A program made the position numbers and the translations under genes. Shown in pieces: positions 1 to 9,589 of a stretch of 32,000 nucleotides of DNA (positions are counted from its first letter, which is position 1; each line of letters begins with the position of its first letter). The DNA comes from Wolbachia endosymbiont of Onchocerca ochengi. GTDB lineage: Bacteria; Pseudomonadota; Alphaproteobacteria; Rickettsiales; Anaplasmataceae. Location of the stretch: contig NC_018267.1 in NCBI RefSeq assembly GCF_000306885.1, positions 1-32,000 on the forward strand. The letters are read 5' to 3'. The notes beneath the pieces were generated by a model. That model saw only the letters and a list, made by a program, of their open reading frames with translations. It was not told where the DNA came from and ran no database searches.

Positions 1-767
1 AAAAAGCACAAGCTATTCCGACCTCATTAGAAGAAAGAATAGAAAATAAAAAAAGAAGTATTGACTAAACTTTTAAAAACATAAAATCTAGATTATCAAA
101 TAAAATCAACGCCTACAATAGAGCAATAAAACATACGATTAAGATAAATTAGTTAAACTTGCTATTAAGAAACAATTAACTTCTTCTATAGTAAAGAGGT
201 TTAAGTAATATGAAAAAATTGGTGAAAGATAGCTGTTTCATAAATTATGCAGTTATTGCTGTTATGTTGAGGAACATTCACGATCTGATTAAGCACTATT
301 AAAAACGCTTAAGTAAAAAATTTCCTAGAAAGACAAATAATGAACAATTTGCATAGAACCTTTTAGGTGAATTTAAAGGAGAAAGATATTCAACTTACAA
401 GGGAAAAAGTTAGAAATATATAAAAAAAGAAAAATTAAATCAGTAAACAATAATCAATTCCCCTGATCAGGGAAGTTCAACTCGTTAATGAAAAACACTC
501 CACTTTAAGCTCAAAACCAAGATTAAAAAAAAACCAAGATCTTCAGAGATAGAGCTCCAGTGTAAGGTACTTCACTTCTACATTTTTTGTATTGTTTGAA
601 GGTGTATATTTAATAATGAATAATTATACTAGAGATAAGCGATAAGCACTTTTCTTGTTGTATTTGCATTGGGCATTTTAGAAGCAGGATGCTTTTTTTG
701 TATAAAAAAATGAACAAAGAAGTAGAACTTAATGGTACCACCGACTCTTTTAGAGTTACAAAGGTTT

Positions 768-1655
768 CTATTTCTTTTTAAAACTCCATTAAGTATCTTT
801 ATACATATTGAAAACATCTTAATAATTCAAATGAGTGTAGATTTAAGCAGTTTCAAGACCTTAAATGGCTAAGCAGGTCGCTGTATTAAGCTTATATCAA
901 TGTTTTTTAAAAGCAAATGAGTAACAAAACTATGACGTAATACATGCGTGGATAAGATTTCTGACAAATTTAACATTTTCTTTACTTTTTCTAGACGATT
1001 AACAACATAAGTTCTTTTCAATTTCCTCTTAGTTTCATAAATAGATATCGTACTTCATTATTAACGCTAAGGTAAAGAAAAGCTTTTACGTACTCTTGCA
1101 TGCACTTTTTTACTACTGAGAAAAACAACACACCTGCCTTCGCTTTGTCCCCCCCTTACTATGACTGTTAAACTTCCATTATTAATTATTACTAACCTTA
1201 AATGCTTCTCACCGATCCTTAACCCTGTGCCATATAAGTAGAATAATAATCGCAATTCCTTTTTTTATCACCCAAGGTTCACCTAGGTCAGACAGTTTCA
1301 TTCTTTCATTAAAGTTCTTACATCAGATATTGATTAATGCTCTTGGTAAAGTTCTTCTCTAAATTGGCCTAGATAAGGAAAATATAGTCTCATTGTTTAT
1401 TTCACAATTGCTTTTTATATACTTGAAAAAATTTCTAATTACTGACAATGCACGAGTATTCGATCCCACATTTACACCTCTTGTATAACAAAAGGTAAAC
1501 CAATTTCTAAGCTCGCGCACGCTCAATCTTTCCAAAGAGAAAATATCTACTTCTCATACAATGTGAGTACTAAGAAAACTTATCATGTCTTTTAGGTCTC
1601 TCATATATCATTTTACAAAGTGTTGAGCAAACAAGACTTGTACCTCACTATTCAT
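768..1655 (-). pseudogene. XerC/XerD-family tyrosine recombinase, heavily degraded
   Basis: Minus-strand translation, switching frames, gives the conserved boxes of this family in the correct order. These are RDLKDMISFL and ALSVIRNFFKY (N-terminal domain), LYGTGLRIGE...VIVRGGQSEGR (track ORF 1067-1255), HVLRHSFVTHLL, and IYTHLNY (catalytic Tyr box, about 819-842). The reading is broken by at least 4 in-frame stops and several frameshifts. The total span of about 296 codons fits the family. Confidence 0.75.
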
Positions 1656-1689
1656 ATCAACTTTCAATAATTGAACCTAAGTTCAATAG

Positions 1690-3078
1690 TTACTTTTTAA
1701 AGAATGCATCAGTGCATGCATCACGGAAGGTTTCATTTACATCAGGATGAGAGTGACAAATTCTATATATATCCTCTGCTGCTGCACCATATGCCATTGC
1801 AACTGCTGCTTCATTAATTAGCGTATCAGCATATGCCCCTATGATATGCACACCTAGTATTGTATCTGTCTTGCTACAAGTTAGTACTTTTACAAATCCT
1901 TCAGCATCATCAATAATTTTTGCCCTACCATTTGCAGCAAACTGACATTTACCAACTTTATACTTCCAACCAGCATTTCTGAGTTCCTCTTCAGTTTTGC
2001 CAATTGAAGAAACCGCAGGATGGGTATAAATAACAAATGGTATAATTTCATAATTAATATGAGGTGACTGCCCTGCTATTATTTCTGCAACTGCCACTCC
2101 TTCTTCTTCCGCCTTATGAGCAAGCATTGCCCCACCGATTGAATCACCAATAGCAAATATTCTTTTTATATTGGTCTCATACTTATTATCAACTTGAATA
2201 AAGCCACGGCTATCTCTTTCTATTTTACCATCAATGTCAAGACCATCAGTATATGGTTTACGACCTACTGCAATGAGCACTTTATCTGCCTCTATAGTAT
2301 TTACTTGGCTGCCTTGAACAGAGCAAACTTTTACACTTAAAAAATCACTATTTTGTTTTATTTCCTCAACTTTAGTGCTAAGTAAAAGTTTTATTCCTTG
2401 TTTTTGCAAACTGGAAAATAAAGACTTACTCAATTCTACATCCATTGTTGTAGCGATTCTATCGAGAAACTCTACTACAGTAACTTCAGACCCTAACCTT
2501 TTCCATATAGAAGACATTTCAAGTCCTATTGCTCCAGCTCCAATTACAACAAGTCTTCTTGGTACTTCAGTTAGAGATAACGCGCCGGTGGATGAAATAA
2601 TGTTTTTCTCATCAATATTAACTCTTGGTAAGGAGATGACATCAGAACCGGTTGCGATTACTATATTTTTTGTTTTCAGCGTCTTACCTTCAACCGAAAC
2701 TTCAAGATTACCTTGATCAAAAGAAGTAATTTTCCCAAGTCCAGTAATCCTAGTAATCTTATGAAGGTCAAAGAGATACTCTATTCCTTGTCCCAATTCT
2801 TTAACTTTGGCGTCCTTATATTCTAGCATTTCTTTTAGATTAAAACTTGCATCCTTAACTTTTATACCAAGTTTTGATAGATCGTTTTTCGTATGGATAT
2901 ATTCATAAGAAGAGTGAAGTAACGTTTTAGAAGGTATACACCCAACTCGCAAACATGTCCCACCAAGAATGCTATTCTTATCTATGCAAGTAACCTTCAT
3001 CCCAAGCTTTGCAGCTAAAATAGCACATTTATAACCACCTGAACCACCGCCTATAATAATCAGATCATGATCAGTCAT
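1690..3078 (-). CDS. lpdA: dihydrolipoyl dehydrogenase (E3 component)
   Basis: 462-aa ORF with an N-terminal FAD fold (IIIGGGSGGY), the redox-active disulfide motif GGTCLRVGCIPSK, and a C-terminal dimerisation region with HPDVNE. Its ATG overlaps the stop of the upstream gene (ATGACTGA). Confidence 0.95.
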   Translation of the reverse strand: MTDHDLIIIGGGSGGYKCAILAAKLGMKVTCIDKNSILGGTCLRVGCIPSKTLLHSSYEYIHTKNDLSKLGIKVKDASFNLKEMLEYKDAKVKELGQGIEYLFDLHKITRITGLGKITSFDQGNLEVSVEGKTLKTKNIVIATGSDVISLPRVNIDEKNIISSTGALSLTEVPRRLVVIGAGAIGLEMSSIWKRLGSEVTVVEFLDRIATTMDVELSKSLFSSLQKQGIKLLLSTKVEEIKQNSDFLSVKVCSVQGSQVNTIEADKVLIAVGRKPYTDGLDIDGKIERDSRGFIQVDNKYETNIKRIFAIGDSIGGAMLAHKAEEEGVAVAEIIAGQSPHINYEIIPFVIYTHPAVSSIGKTEEELRNAGWKYKVGKCQFAANGRAKIIDDAEGFVKVLTCSKTDTILGVHIIGAYADTLINEAAVAMAYGAAAEDIYRICHSHPDVNETFRDACTDAFFKK

Positions 3079-4180
3079 AAAAAATAAACCTATTTTCTAA
3101 ATAAAAAGCACCATTCCCTTCAGTCGTTATATATATCTTATCACGAATGAACACTGGAGTGTGAAACACATTACCTGATATTTTGATTGCTTTCCATGCA
3201 TTTTCAGATTCAGAAAAAGCAAACATTAAACCTTTATTGCTTGTTATCCATAACGTATTGGCATGCATAATTAAAGTAAACAACTGCGTATTTTCTATTG
3301 AATCAGATGTCCAGATTGTTTTTCCATTTCGTACATCAATGCCAACTATTTTATTATCTCTAGTAATTAAAAAAATTCTACCACCGGCTCTTTGCTCTTT
3401 TGTAAGAATAGAAGAATTATAATATGGCACAATGTTTGATACACTTTTTGTTTGCAGTGGTTTTGACCATAGAATGTTCCCTGACTTTACATCAATACCA
3501 TAAACATAAGAACTGTTTGTAACAACTAAAATATTATCGAGTACTCTTGGTGTAGTAGTTATATCTGTAATCTGTGTATCTAAAAGGTTTATAGCCAATT
3601 TTTGACTCCATAATTTTTCACCACCTTCATCAAAAGCTATTAGTTCACCATTTGAAAATGGCGCTATTATTTTATTATCAGAAACTGCAGGTGATATGGA
3701 ATATAAACCTCGTACTTCACTAACTCCATTTTGGTGAGCCCAAATTGGGCTACCGTCTTTTATATTAAGGGCATATAGAAAATTATCAATAGTTAATACT
3801 ACCAATTTATTATGTATTACTACTGCTTTTCCTCTTATTGGAGCTCTCAGTTCCTTTTCCCATTGAATCTCACCAGTTTTTACATCTATCGCATATAGAA
3901 TATTATTTGCTATAAAAAAAACATTTCCTCCATGATGTGATAGACTCATATTACCAATTTTTTTTTTGTGCGAAAGGTGCAATTTCCAATTCATAACCTT
4001 TAAATTATCAACATCAACGGAATATAAGGTACCGTGCTTGTCTACTAAAATAACACTATTTTCTACAAGAACTGGAGCCACATATCCTTGAGATAATTTT
4101 TTATCCACTATGTTTATCCACTCACTTGCTATTGTGCAACTACTACACAACAACACTATCATAACAACCATTACTTTCAT
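3071..4180 (-). CDS. bamB: PQQ-like beta-propeller protein, BamB-like outer-membrane assembly factor
   Basis: 369-aa ORF with a hydrophobic N-terminal signal ending in Cys residues (VLLCSSC). It carries repeated blade-like segments of the type G.IW...L.....P (e.g. GEIQWEKEL, GSPIWAHQ, GNILWSKPL, GKTIWTS). The family assignment rests on pattern recognition only. Confidence 0.7.
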   Translation of the reverse strand: MKVMVVMIVLLCSSCTIASEWINIVDKKLSQGYVAPVLVENSVILVDKHGTLYSVDVDNLKVMNWKLHLSHKKKIGNMSLSHHGGNVFFIANNILYAIDVKTGEIQWEKELRAPIRGKAVVIHNKLVVLTIDNFLYALNIKDGSPIWAHQNGVSEVRGLYSISPAVSDNKIIAPFSNGELIAFDEGGEKLWSQKLAINLLDTQITDITTTPRVLDNILVVTNSSYVYGIDVKSGNILWSKPLQTKSVSNIVPYYNSSILTKEQRAGGRIFLITRDNKIVGIDVRNGKTIWTSDSIENTQLFTLIMHANTLWITSNKGLMFAFSESENAWKAIKISGNVFHTPVFIRDKIYITTEGNGAFYLENRFIFYD

Positions 4181-4856
4181 TGCTTGTTAAATACAAGACT
4201 TATTAATAATATACATATCAGAAATCTCAACCACAACGAAAATATTTTTATTGTATATTGTAGGCATTCATTTATAAAAGAAAATTATATTGTTATGTAA
4301 AAACACTTCTAACATGCCAGAATAACAATTGATTAAAAGTCATTGATAAATTCAGCCACTTTAATTTACGTTATTTTCAAAAAAGCTAAAAAATAAAAAT
4401 AATGTTCCACTTTAGTGGTAAAAATATCCATTAGATCTCTTACAACTAACCTTTGATTCAAGTATCAAGAAGTTTACTAAGTGAAAAAAGATAAAAGTAA
4501 AAAACCTCCGCGGTAAATAATTATTTACCTTCTAACCCTAAACCACATCTTATACCATCTTTCATAGCGCGTTTCAGCTTAAAAAGCTTAGAAGCCTATA
4601 GATAAAATTAGTAAAGACATGAAGTAAACATAGTGCAAAAAACTATACATAAAACATTAACTATGTAATACTTGTATCACACAACCTACATATAGATTAC
4701 TAAATAGTTTTATTATTTAATAAGAAAATTAACAAGACTTATTAAGTAATTTTCAGTATCATCTTTCGGTTACTTATTTATTGCACTGATTAGTCAGATA
4801 ATAACTATGTAAAAAGACTAATACCATGTATAATCTATAAATGATTTTTGAGTGGT

Positions 4857-5560
4857 ATGAAATTAGGTGTTAACATTGACCATATTGCAACTCTTCGCAA
4901 TGCATGGAGAATTTCTTACCCAAATCTATTAAAAGCAGCAAAAATAGCTATTGAAGCTGGAGAAGATTTTATCACCGTTCACTTACGGGAAGACAGAAAA
5001 CACATCAAGGATGGAGATGTGTTTAATCTAAAAAAAACATTGAAACTGAGCTCAATCTTGAAATTGCAGCCACAGAAGAAATGCTCAAAATAGCAAAAAA
5101 GGTAAAACCCTATTCGATTAGTATTGTGCCAGAAAAAAGAAAAGAATTAACAACAGAAAGTGGTTTAGACATAATTAACACGTACAATAAACTTTCTAGC
5201 ATAATAGAAGAAATGCATAGCACTGGCATAAAGGTTTCACTGTTTATTAATCCAAGCATCAATCAACTAAAATATCTTGAGAAACTAGAAAAAAAGCCTG
5301 ACATAATAGAAATTCACACGGGAGATTACTGCAATAGTCCATCAGAGAAAAAATTAAAACTAATTACTAATGCTATAGAGTGCATAAATAAGCTAAAAAT
5401 AGAGTACTACGTAGGACATAGCATAACCTGTACACACGCTAAAAAAATAAAAGAGATATCTCATATCTTAGCTCTTAATGTAGGTCACTTTTAATCAGCG
5501 AAGCTATATTTTACAGCTTTGCACAACACAGTAAAAACAATGAAAATGATAATATCCTAA
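4857..5560 (+). pseudogene. pdxJ: pyridoxine 5'-phosphate synthase, frameshifted
   Basis: Track ORFs 4848-5093 and 5081-5494 are two halves of one PdxJ ([16 protein letters not shown]..., then [54 protein letters not shown]). The frame switches at the A8 run at 5030-5037. At the 3' end the reading goes GHF-stop, then ISEAIFY in another frame, then LHNTVKTMKMIIS-stop back in the first frame. That gives at least 3 frame disruptions. Confidence 0.9.
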
Positions 5561-5868
5561 CTAACTACTTCTTCCTCCTCTTTATTTAAAAGACCCAAAA
5601 GATTCTGGCTTGCTTTAAATCTTACTCTTATCTTTTCAGGAACAGTCATAATCTTACCATTTTGAGGATTACGACACTGTTTCTTCCGACTTACAGCAGT
5701 AGACAATGTACCTAATCTATGCAGACGTACTTTACCTATCCTCTTCAAATCACCTTTTATTCTTTTTATCCATGCATCATGGATTTTGCCCAAATTCAAC
5801 ATTGTTATGTCTATACCCTGATTAGACAAATCTTCGTGCATTTGTTTTACTATACTTTCTTTACTCAT
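5557..5868 (-). CDS. HU/IHF-family DNA-binding protein
   Basis: 103-aa ORF whose core GKVRLHRLGTLSTAVSRKKQCRNPQNGKIMTVPEKIRVRFKAS matches the HU/IHF beta-arm pattern (GFG.F....R..R.GRNP.TG..I.IP....V.FK). It has an acidic C-terminal tail. Confidence 0.8.
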   Translation of the reverse strand: MSKESIVKQMHEDLSNQGIDITMLNLGKIHDAWIKRIKGDLKRIGKVRLHRLGTLSTAVSRKKQCRNPQNGKIMTVPEKIRVRFKASQNLLGLLNKEEEEVVS

Positions 5869-6020
5869 AAATTACCTTAATATTGAAAAAAATTACACAA
5901 ACAGCATATTCAGTTCACACCGATAGTCAACTAAATTTACCGTGAAAATTAGGATATACCATAACTATATACCCTTTAAACATTTGTATCACGCCTACAA
6001 AAAGCATCACTAAAAAATAA

Positions 6021-6473
6021 CTATCTCTTAGAAAATTGACATTTTTTACGAGCTTTATGCTGACCATACTTCTTACGCTCAACAACACGTGAATCTCGCG
6101 TCAGGAATCCCTTATTGCGTAGCACAGAATGCAAGCCTTGACTTATCTTACTTAAAGCTCTACTTATCCCATGGGCTAAAGCACCAGCTTGACTAGATAA
6201 CCCTCCACCTCTTACAGTTGCAAACACATCATATTTATCTAGCACAGACGTTATAATAAGTGGCATCCTTACCATTTGACATACTGATTCTCTTTTAAAG
6301 TAAGAGAATAACTTATCTTGCTGATTAATACTAAACTTTCCATTGCCTGGCTTTATCCATACTCTTGCTACAGATTCCTTTCTCCGACCCGTAGCATATA
6401 AACGACCTAATAAATCAACTACTGGCTTAGTTACCATTTCTGATTGATTTATTATATGATTTTCCATCTTCAC
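6021..6473 (-). CDS. rpsI: 30S ribosomal protein S9
   Basis: Contains YATGRRKESVARVWIKPGNGKFSIN, GGGLSSQAGALAHGISRAL and the C-terminal RKKYGQHKARKKCQFSKR. It lies directly downstream of rplM, as in the canonical operon. Confidence 0.93.
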   Translation of the reverse strand: MKMENHIINQSEMVTKPVVDLLGRLYATGRRKESVARVWIKPGNGKFSINQQDKLFSYFKRESVCQMVRMPLIITSVLDKYDVFATVRGGGLSSQAGALAHGISRALSKISQGLHSVLRNKGFLTRDSRVVERKKYGQHKARKKCQFSKR

Positions 6474-6477
6474 TCCA

Positions 6478-6936
6478 TTATTTTTTGTTTTTTCGATTCA
6501 AAGAAGCAAAATCTATTTCCTTAGGTTGCTGTCCCTGATGCTTATGTTTTGAACCAGAGTAAACGTATAAATTTCCAAAACGTTTACGTGCCATAGGACC
6601 ATCATCAAGCATCCTTTTTACTGCCATTTCTATTACACGCTCAGGAAATTTACTATTCAAGATATTATCTGGAGTAGTTTTTTTTAAACCACCGGGATAA
6701 CCTGTATGTTTATAGTAAATTTTTTCTTTAAGTTTCTTTCCAGTAAAATGCACCTTTTCTGCGTTAATAATAATTACATTATCACCACAATCCATATGAG
6801 GTGTATACTCAGGTTTATGCTTTCCACGCAATAAAGTTGCCACAAATGCTGAAAGCCTTCCTACTGTTAACCCATCCGCATCTATGATAAACCATCTTTT
6901 ATTGATTTGTTTTTCTTTCAAGAAAAAAGTCTTCAT
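6478..6936 (-). CDS. rplM: 50S ribosomal protein L13
   Basis: Contains [50 protein letters not shown] and [12 protein letters not shown] place the start at the ATG at 6936 (MKTFFLKEK...) rather than at the track ORF start 6963. Confidence 0.93.
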   Translation of the reverse strand: MKTFFLKEKQINKRWFIIDADGLTVGRLSAFVATLLRGKHKPEYTPHMDCGDNVIIINAEKVHFTGKKLKEKIYYKHTGYPGGLKKTTPDNILNSKFPERVIEMAVKRMLDDGPMARKRFGNLYVYSGSKHKHQGQQPKEIDFASLNRKNKK

Positions 6937-7003
6937 AATTTTAACTACACAATAGTAGGTCATGATACACCCAACCTCTAAACAAAGTCAACAATATTAG
7001 TTA

Positions 7004-8302
7004 TTGATTATTAAAGCAATTTGTACTAATAATTTAGTTGCATATCCTGATACATATAGGAATAAAGTGTTTCAATTGATCATTACGTTCATGGTCGTGT
7101 TTAGTAGTATAAGTTGCTATGCAATCGATCTCGAACAAGCTATAAGTAAAGCCATAAAAAATAGTTTAAAGTTAAAATCTCAATTTTATCAGTATAAAAG
7201 CACAGAAAAACAACTGAAATCTTCAGGATTAAGTGGATTTTTGCCAGATATTAATTTACAATATAACTTCGATAGTAATTTTAATCTTTATAATGACAAA
7301 CATAACTTACCTGGAAAATGCGTTACATTAAGTCAGAGAATAATAGATGGCGGCAGTGCTTTTGCTACATTCAACCGATCAAGTCATCTTCTCAAAGCAG
7401 AAAAGATGCACTTTCAACAATCAAAGCAAGAGGTTGCACTTGACGCTGTGAAAGTATACGTTGATGTTCTAAGAAGGACAGCAATATTAAAATTGAGAGA
7501 ACACAAAGAACATGTTTCTTTGGAGAACTTGTCTGCAATGAAGAAGCGCCTTTCCCTTGGAGAGGTTACCAATGCTGAAGTTTCACTGGCGAAAGCAAAA
7601 TTTTCATCTTCAAGGCTGGAAAGAGTCGATGCTGAAGGTAAACTAAAATTAGCAAACGTTGCTTACTTTCACTTAATTGGCGAAGATCCTGATGAGCTCT
7701 CCGAAGTTAATGATAAATTACCCTATATCCCAGATCTAAACGAATGCTTACAGCTAGCAAGAACCAACAACCTGTCCTTAAAAGCAGCAGTTTATAAAAA
7801 AAAGGCAGATGGAATGGCAGTGATTGCTGAAACTTCTAAGTGGCTACCTTCTTTAAATCTCAGTGCGAGTAAAAGTTTAAATGAAAGCGTTAGTCTTGAT
7901 ACGCTTTTAGGCACTACTAATATTACTTTTACTCTTGATATTCCAATCTTTAAAAGAGGAATTAATACTTTTGATATAAATAGAGCTAGAATGTATGCAA
8001 AAAAATCCGCCTATGATTATTATGAGACAGTAAAAAACATAGAAAGAGAGGTTATGAACGCTTGGAATAACGTTATGACAGCAAAAGCTATTATTAAAGC
8101 AAGTCAAAAGGCTGAAAAAGCAGCAGCTCTAGCATTAGAAGGAGTCAAGCAAGAAGTTAACTCAAATTTAAAAAGCACAACCGAACTTTTAAACACTGAA
8201 GATGCATTATTTAAAGCACGTTCAGATTTAGTTGAAGCAAAAAGCAACTATGCAATCAGTGCTTATAAGTTGCTTTTTACAATAAACAGCATAAATTTCT
8301 AA
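7004..8302 (+). CDS. tolC: TolC-family outer membrane efflux / type I secretion channel protein
   Basis: About 430-aa ORF with an N-terminal hydrophobic signal (FQLIITFMVVFSSISCYA/IDLEQAI), then two repeated halves rich in alpha-helical, coiled-coil-like sequence typical of TolC (LEQAI..A...S..L, GEVTNAEVSLAKAKF, LEGVKQEV..NLKSTTELLNTEDALF.A). The true start may be the internal GTG at 7067 or the ATG at 7091. Confidence 0.8.
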   Translation: MIIKAICTNNLVAYPDTYRNKVFQLIITFMVVFSSISCYAIDLEQAISKAIKNSLKLKSQFYQYKSTEKQLKSSGLSGFLPDINLQYNFDSNFNLYNDKHNLPGKCVTLSQRIIDGGSAFATFNRSSHLLKAEKMHFQQSKQEVALDAVKVYVDVLRRTAILKLREHKEHVSLENLSAMKKRLSLGEVTNAEVSLAKAKFSSSRLERVDAEGKLKLANVAYFHLIGEDPDELSEVNDKLPYIPDLNECLQLARTNNLSLKAAVYKKKADGMAVIAETSKWLPSLNLSASKSLNESVSLDTLLGTTNITFTLDIPIFKRGINTFDINRARMYAKKSAYDYYETVKNIEREVMNAWNNVMTAKAIIKASQKAEKAAALALEGVKQEVNSNLKSTTELLNTEDALFKARSDLVEAKSNYAISAYKLLFTINSINF

Positions 8303-8322
8303 ATTTAATGGTATTAGCAATT

Positions 8323-8906
8323 ATGAGTGCTAAAAACAAAAATAATCAATCGTAAAAGATATTCTAGAAGATATAAAAGTAGTACTAAAAATGTAAGTAA
8401 TGATAAAAAGTAGAAATAGAAAAGGAAAAAGAAGATAACAATGTTCTATACCTTCAAGAAGAATATTTAGAAAATTTAGAAGAAGCTAGTAAAGAGGAGA
8501 ATAACAAGAAGAAAAATATTAACAATGATAATCAGAGCAAATAAATGTTTTCAAAAATAATACTATAAACTTAACGACTACAATCATGATTTAAAAAGGG
8601 AAAAAGATGTTTACCTACAAGTACAATACTCAAATTAGTAATAACAAAATAGATAATAGTAATTCACAAGCAAAAAATAATGATCAGTCGTTCTCAAAAG
8701 AAAAATATAGAGTAGATTAAAAGGTTCTTAAAAAGGTGAAAAACTAATTGCAACATAAGCAATAAAAAAAAAGCAAACCTTACTACTAGTATTGAAGAGT
8801 TAGTTACATCTTTTTTAAAACCCCAGCTATCAGAATGGCTAACAAATACTTATATACACTAGTAAAAGAAGTAGTCAAAAAAAAAGCTAAAAGATATAAT
8901 CAATAG
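8323..8906 (+). pseudogene. DUF2497 / PopZ-like protein, degraded
   Basis: Begins ATG at 8323 (MSAKNKNNQS-stop). A shifted frame then gives an (S)IVKDILEDIKVVLK N-terminal box. An acidic low-complexity middle follows (VEIEKEKEDNNVLYLQEEYLENLEEASKEENN...). The C-terminus reads LVTSFLKPQLSEWL, then after a frameshift YLYTLVKEVVKKKAKRYNQ-stop at 8904-8906. These resemble the conserved N- and C-terminal boxes of alphaproteobacterial DUF2497 proteins. There are at least 4 frame disruptions. Confidence 0.5.
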
Positions 8907-8984
8907 TATGATTACATACAGGTACCAACAATAAAAACTAGAGTAAAAACAGCTAAAGGCAGAAAATTATCTTCAACCAAGTGG

Positions 8985-9578
8985 TTGTACCGTCATCTAA
9001 ATGACAAGTATGTACAAAAAACTAATAAAGATGGCTACAGATCGCGCTCGGCGTATAAGTTGATAGAGATAGATAATAAATTTAAATTACTCCAAAAAGG
9101 GCAAAAAATCATTGATCTTGGTGCTTTCCCTGGTGGATGGTCACAAGTTGCATCTCAAAAAGGAGCTAATATAGTTGCAATTGACATAAAGCCAGTAAAC
9201 TCGATTAATGGAGTACAACATATGCAATGCGATATTATAAATGAACTTGAAACTTTAAAGGAAAGGTTTGAAGATCAAAAGTTTGACGTAATTTTATCTG
9301 ATATGGCTCCAGAATCTTGTGGTATAAAGTCGTTAGACCATATCAGAATCATGTTTCTATGTAAAGCAGCACTAAATCTTGCAAAGCACTTCCTAAATTA
9401 TAATGGAAAGTTTGTAGTAAAAATCTTTCAAGGAGAATTTGACAAAGATTTTTGCAACGAGCTAAAAAAAACGTTCAAAACAGCAAAATATTTTAAACCA
9501 AGATCAAGTAGACCTGAATCTACAGAAATATATTTAGTAAGTTTAGGCTTTACCGGCAGCAGATCTTATGTAGAGTAA
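8985..9578 (+). CDS. rlmE: 23S rRNA (uridine-2'-O)-methyltransferase RlmE/FtsJ, possibly 5'-damaged
   Basis: Contains YRSRSAYKLIEID.KF, the SAM motif IIDLGAFPGGWSQVA, ILSDMAPES and FVVKIFQG. The conserved N-terminal segment RVKTAKGRKLSSTKWL is in frame upstream of the TTG at 8985. That segment has no canonical start codon; the only nearby ATG (8908) is in another frame. Confidence 0.85.
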   Translation: MYRHLNDKYVQKTNKDGYRSRSAYKLIEIDNKFKLLQKGQKIIDLGAFPGGWSQVASQKGANIVAIDIKPVNSINGVQHMQCDIINELETLKERFEDQKFDVILSDMAPESCGIKSLDHIRIMFLCKAALNLAKHFLNYNGKFVVKIFQGEFDKDFCNELKKTFKTAKYFKPRSSRPESTEIYLVSLGFTGSRSYVE

Positions 9579-9589
9579 TGGTAAGCTTT

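Noticed and set aside
1-68. Possible 3' end of a plus-strand gene entering from the left (...KAQAIPTSLEERIENKKRSID-stop at 66-68)
   Set aside because: Only 21 codons are visible and no motif is present, so it cannot be supported as a feature.
69-767. Unassigned spacer with K-rich plus-strand reading fragments (e.g. MKKLVKDSCFINYAVIAVMLRNIHDLIKHY)
   Set aside because: It is probably another obliterated gene, but I could not match any family in any frame.
629-817. 62-aa minus-strand ORF, first considered as the C-terminus of the Xer pseudogene
   Set aside because: The true Xer tail (IYTHLNY*DVFNMYKDT*WSFKKK*) runs in a different frame and ends at 768. This ORF is an out-of-frame overlap with no recognisable motif.
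4512-4529. Perfect 18-bp palindrome ggtaaataattatttacc, followed on the minus strand by gcggagg and then T6
   Set aside because: The stem is all A/T, and the T-run is 7 nt away from it, so this is a poor intrinsic terminator. No intact gene ends here. It may be a relic.
4193-4745. 14-bp direct repeat acaagacttattaa at 4193-4206 and 4732-4745, flanking the bamB-pdxJ spacer
   Set aside because: In 32 kb of roughly 30% GC sequence, several chance 14-mer matches are expected by rough estimate. There is no further similarity around the two copies.
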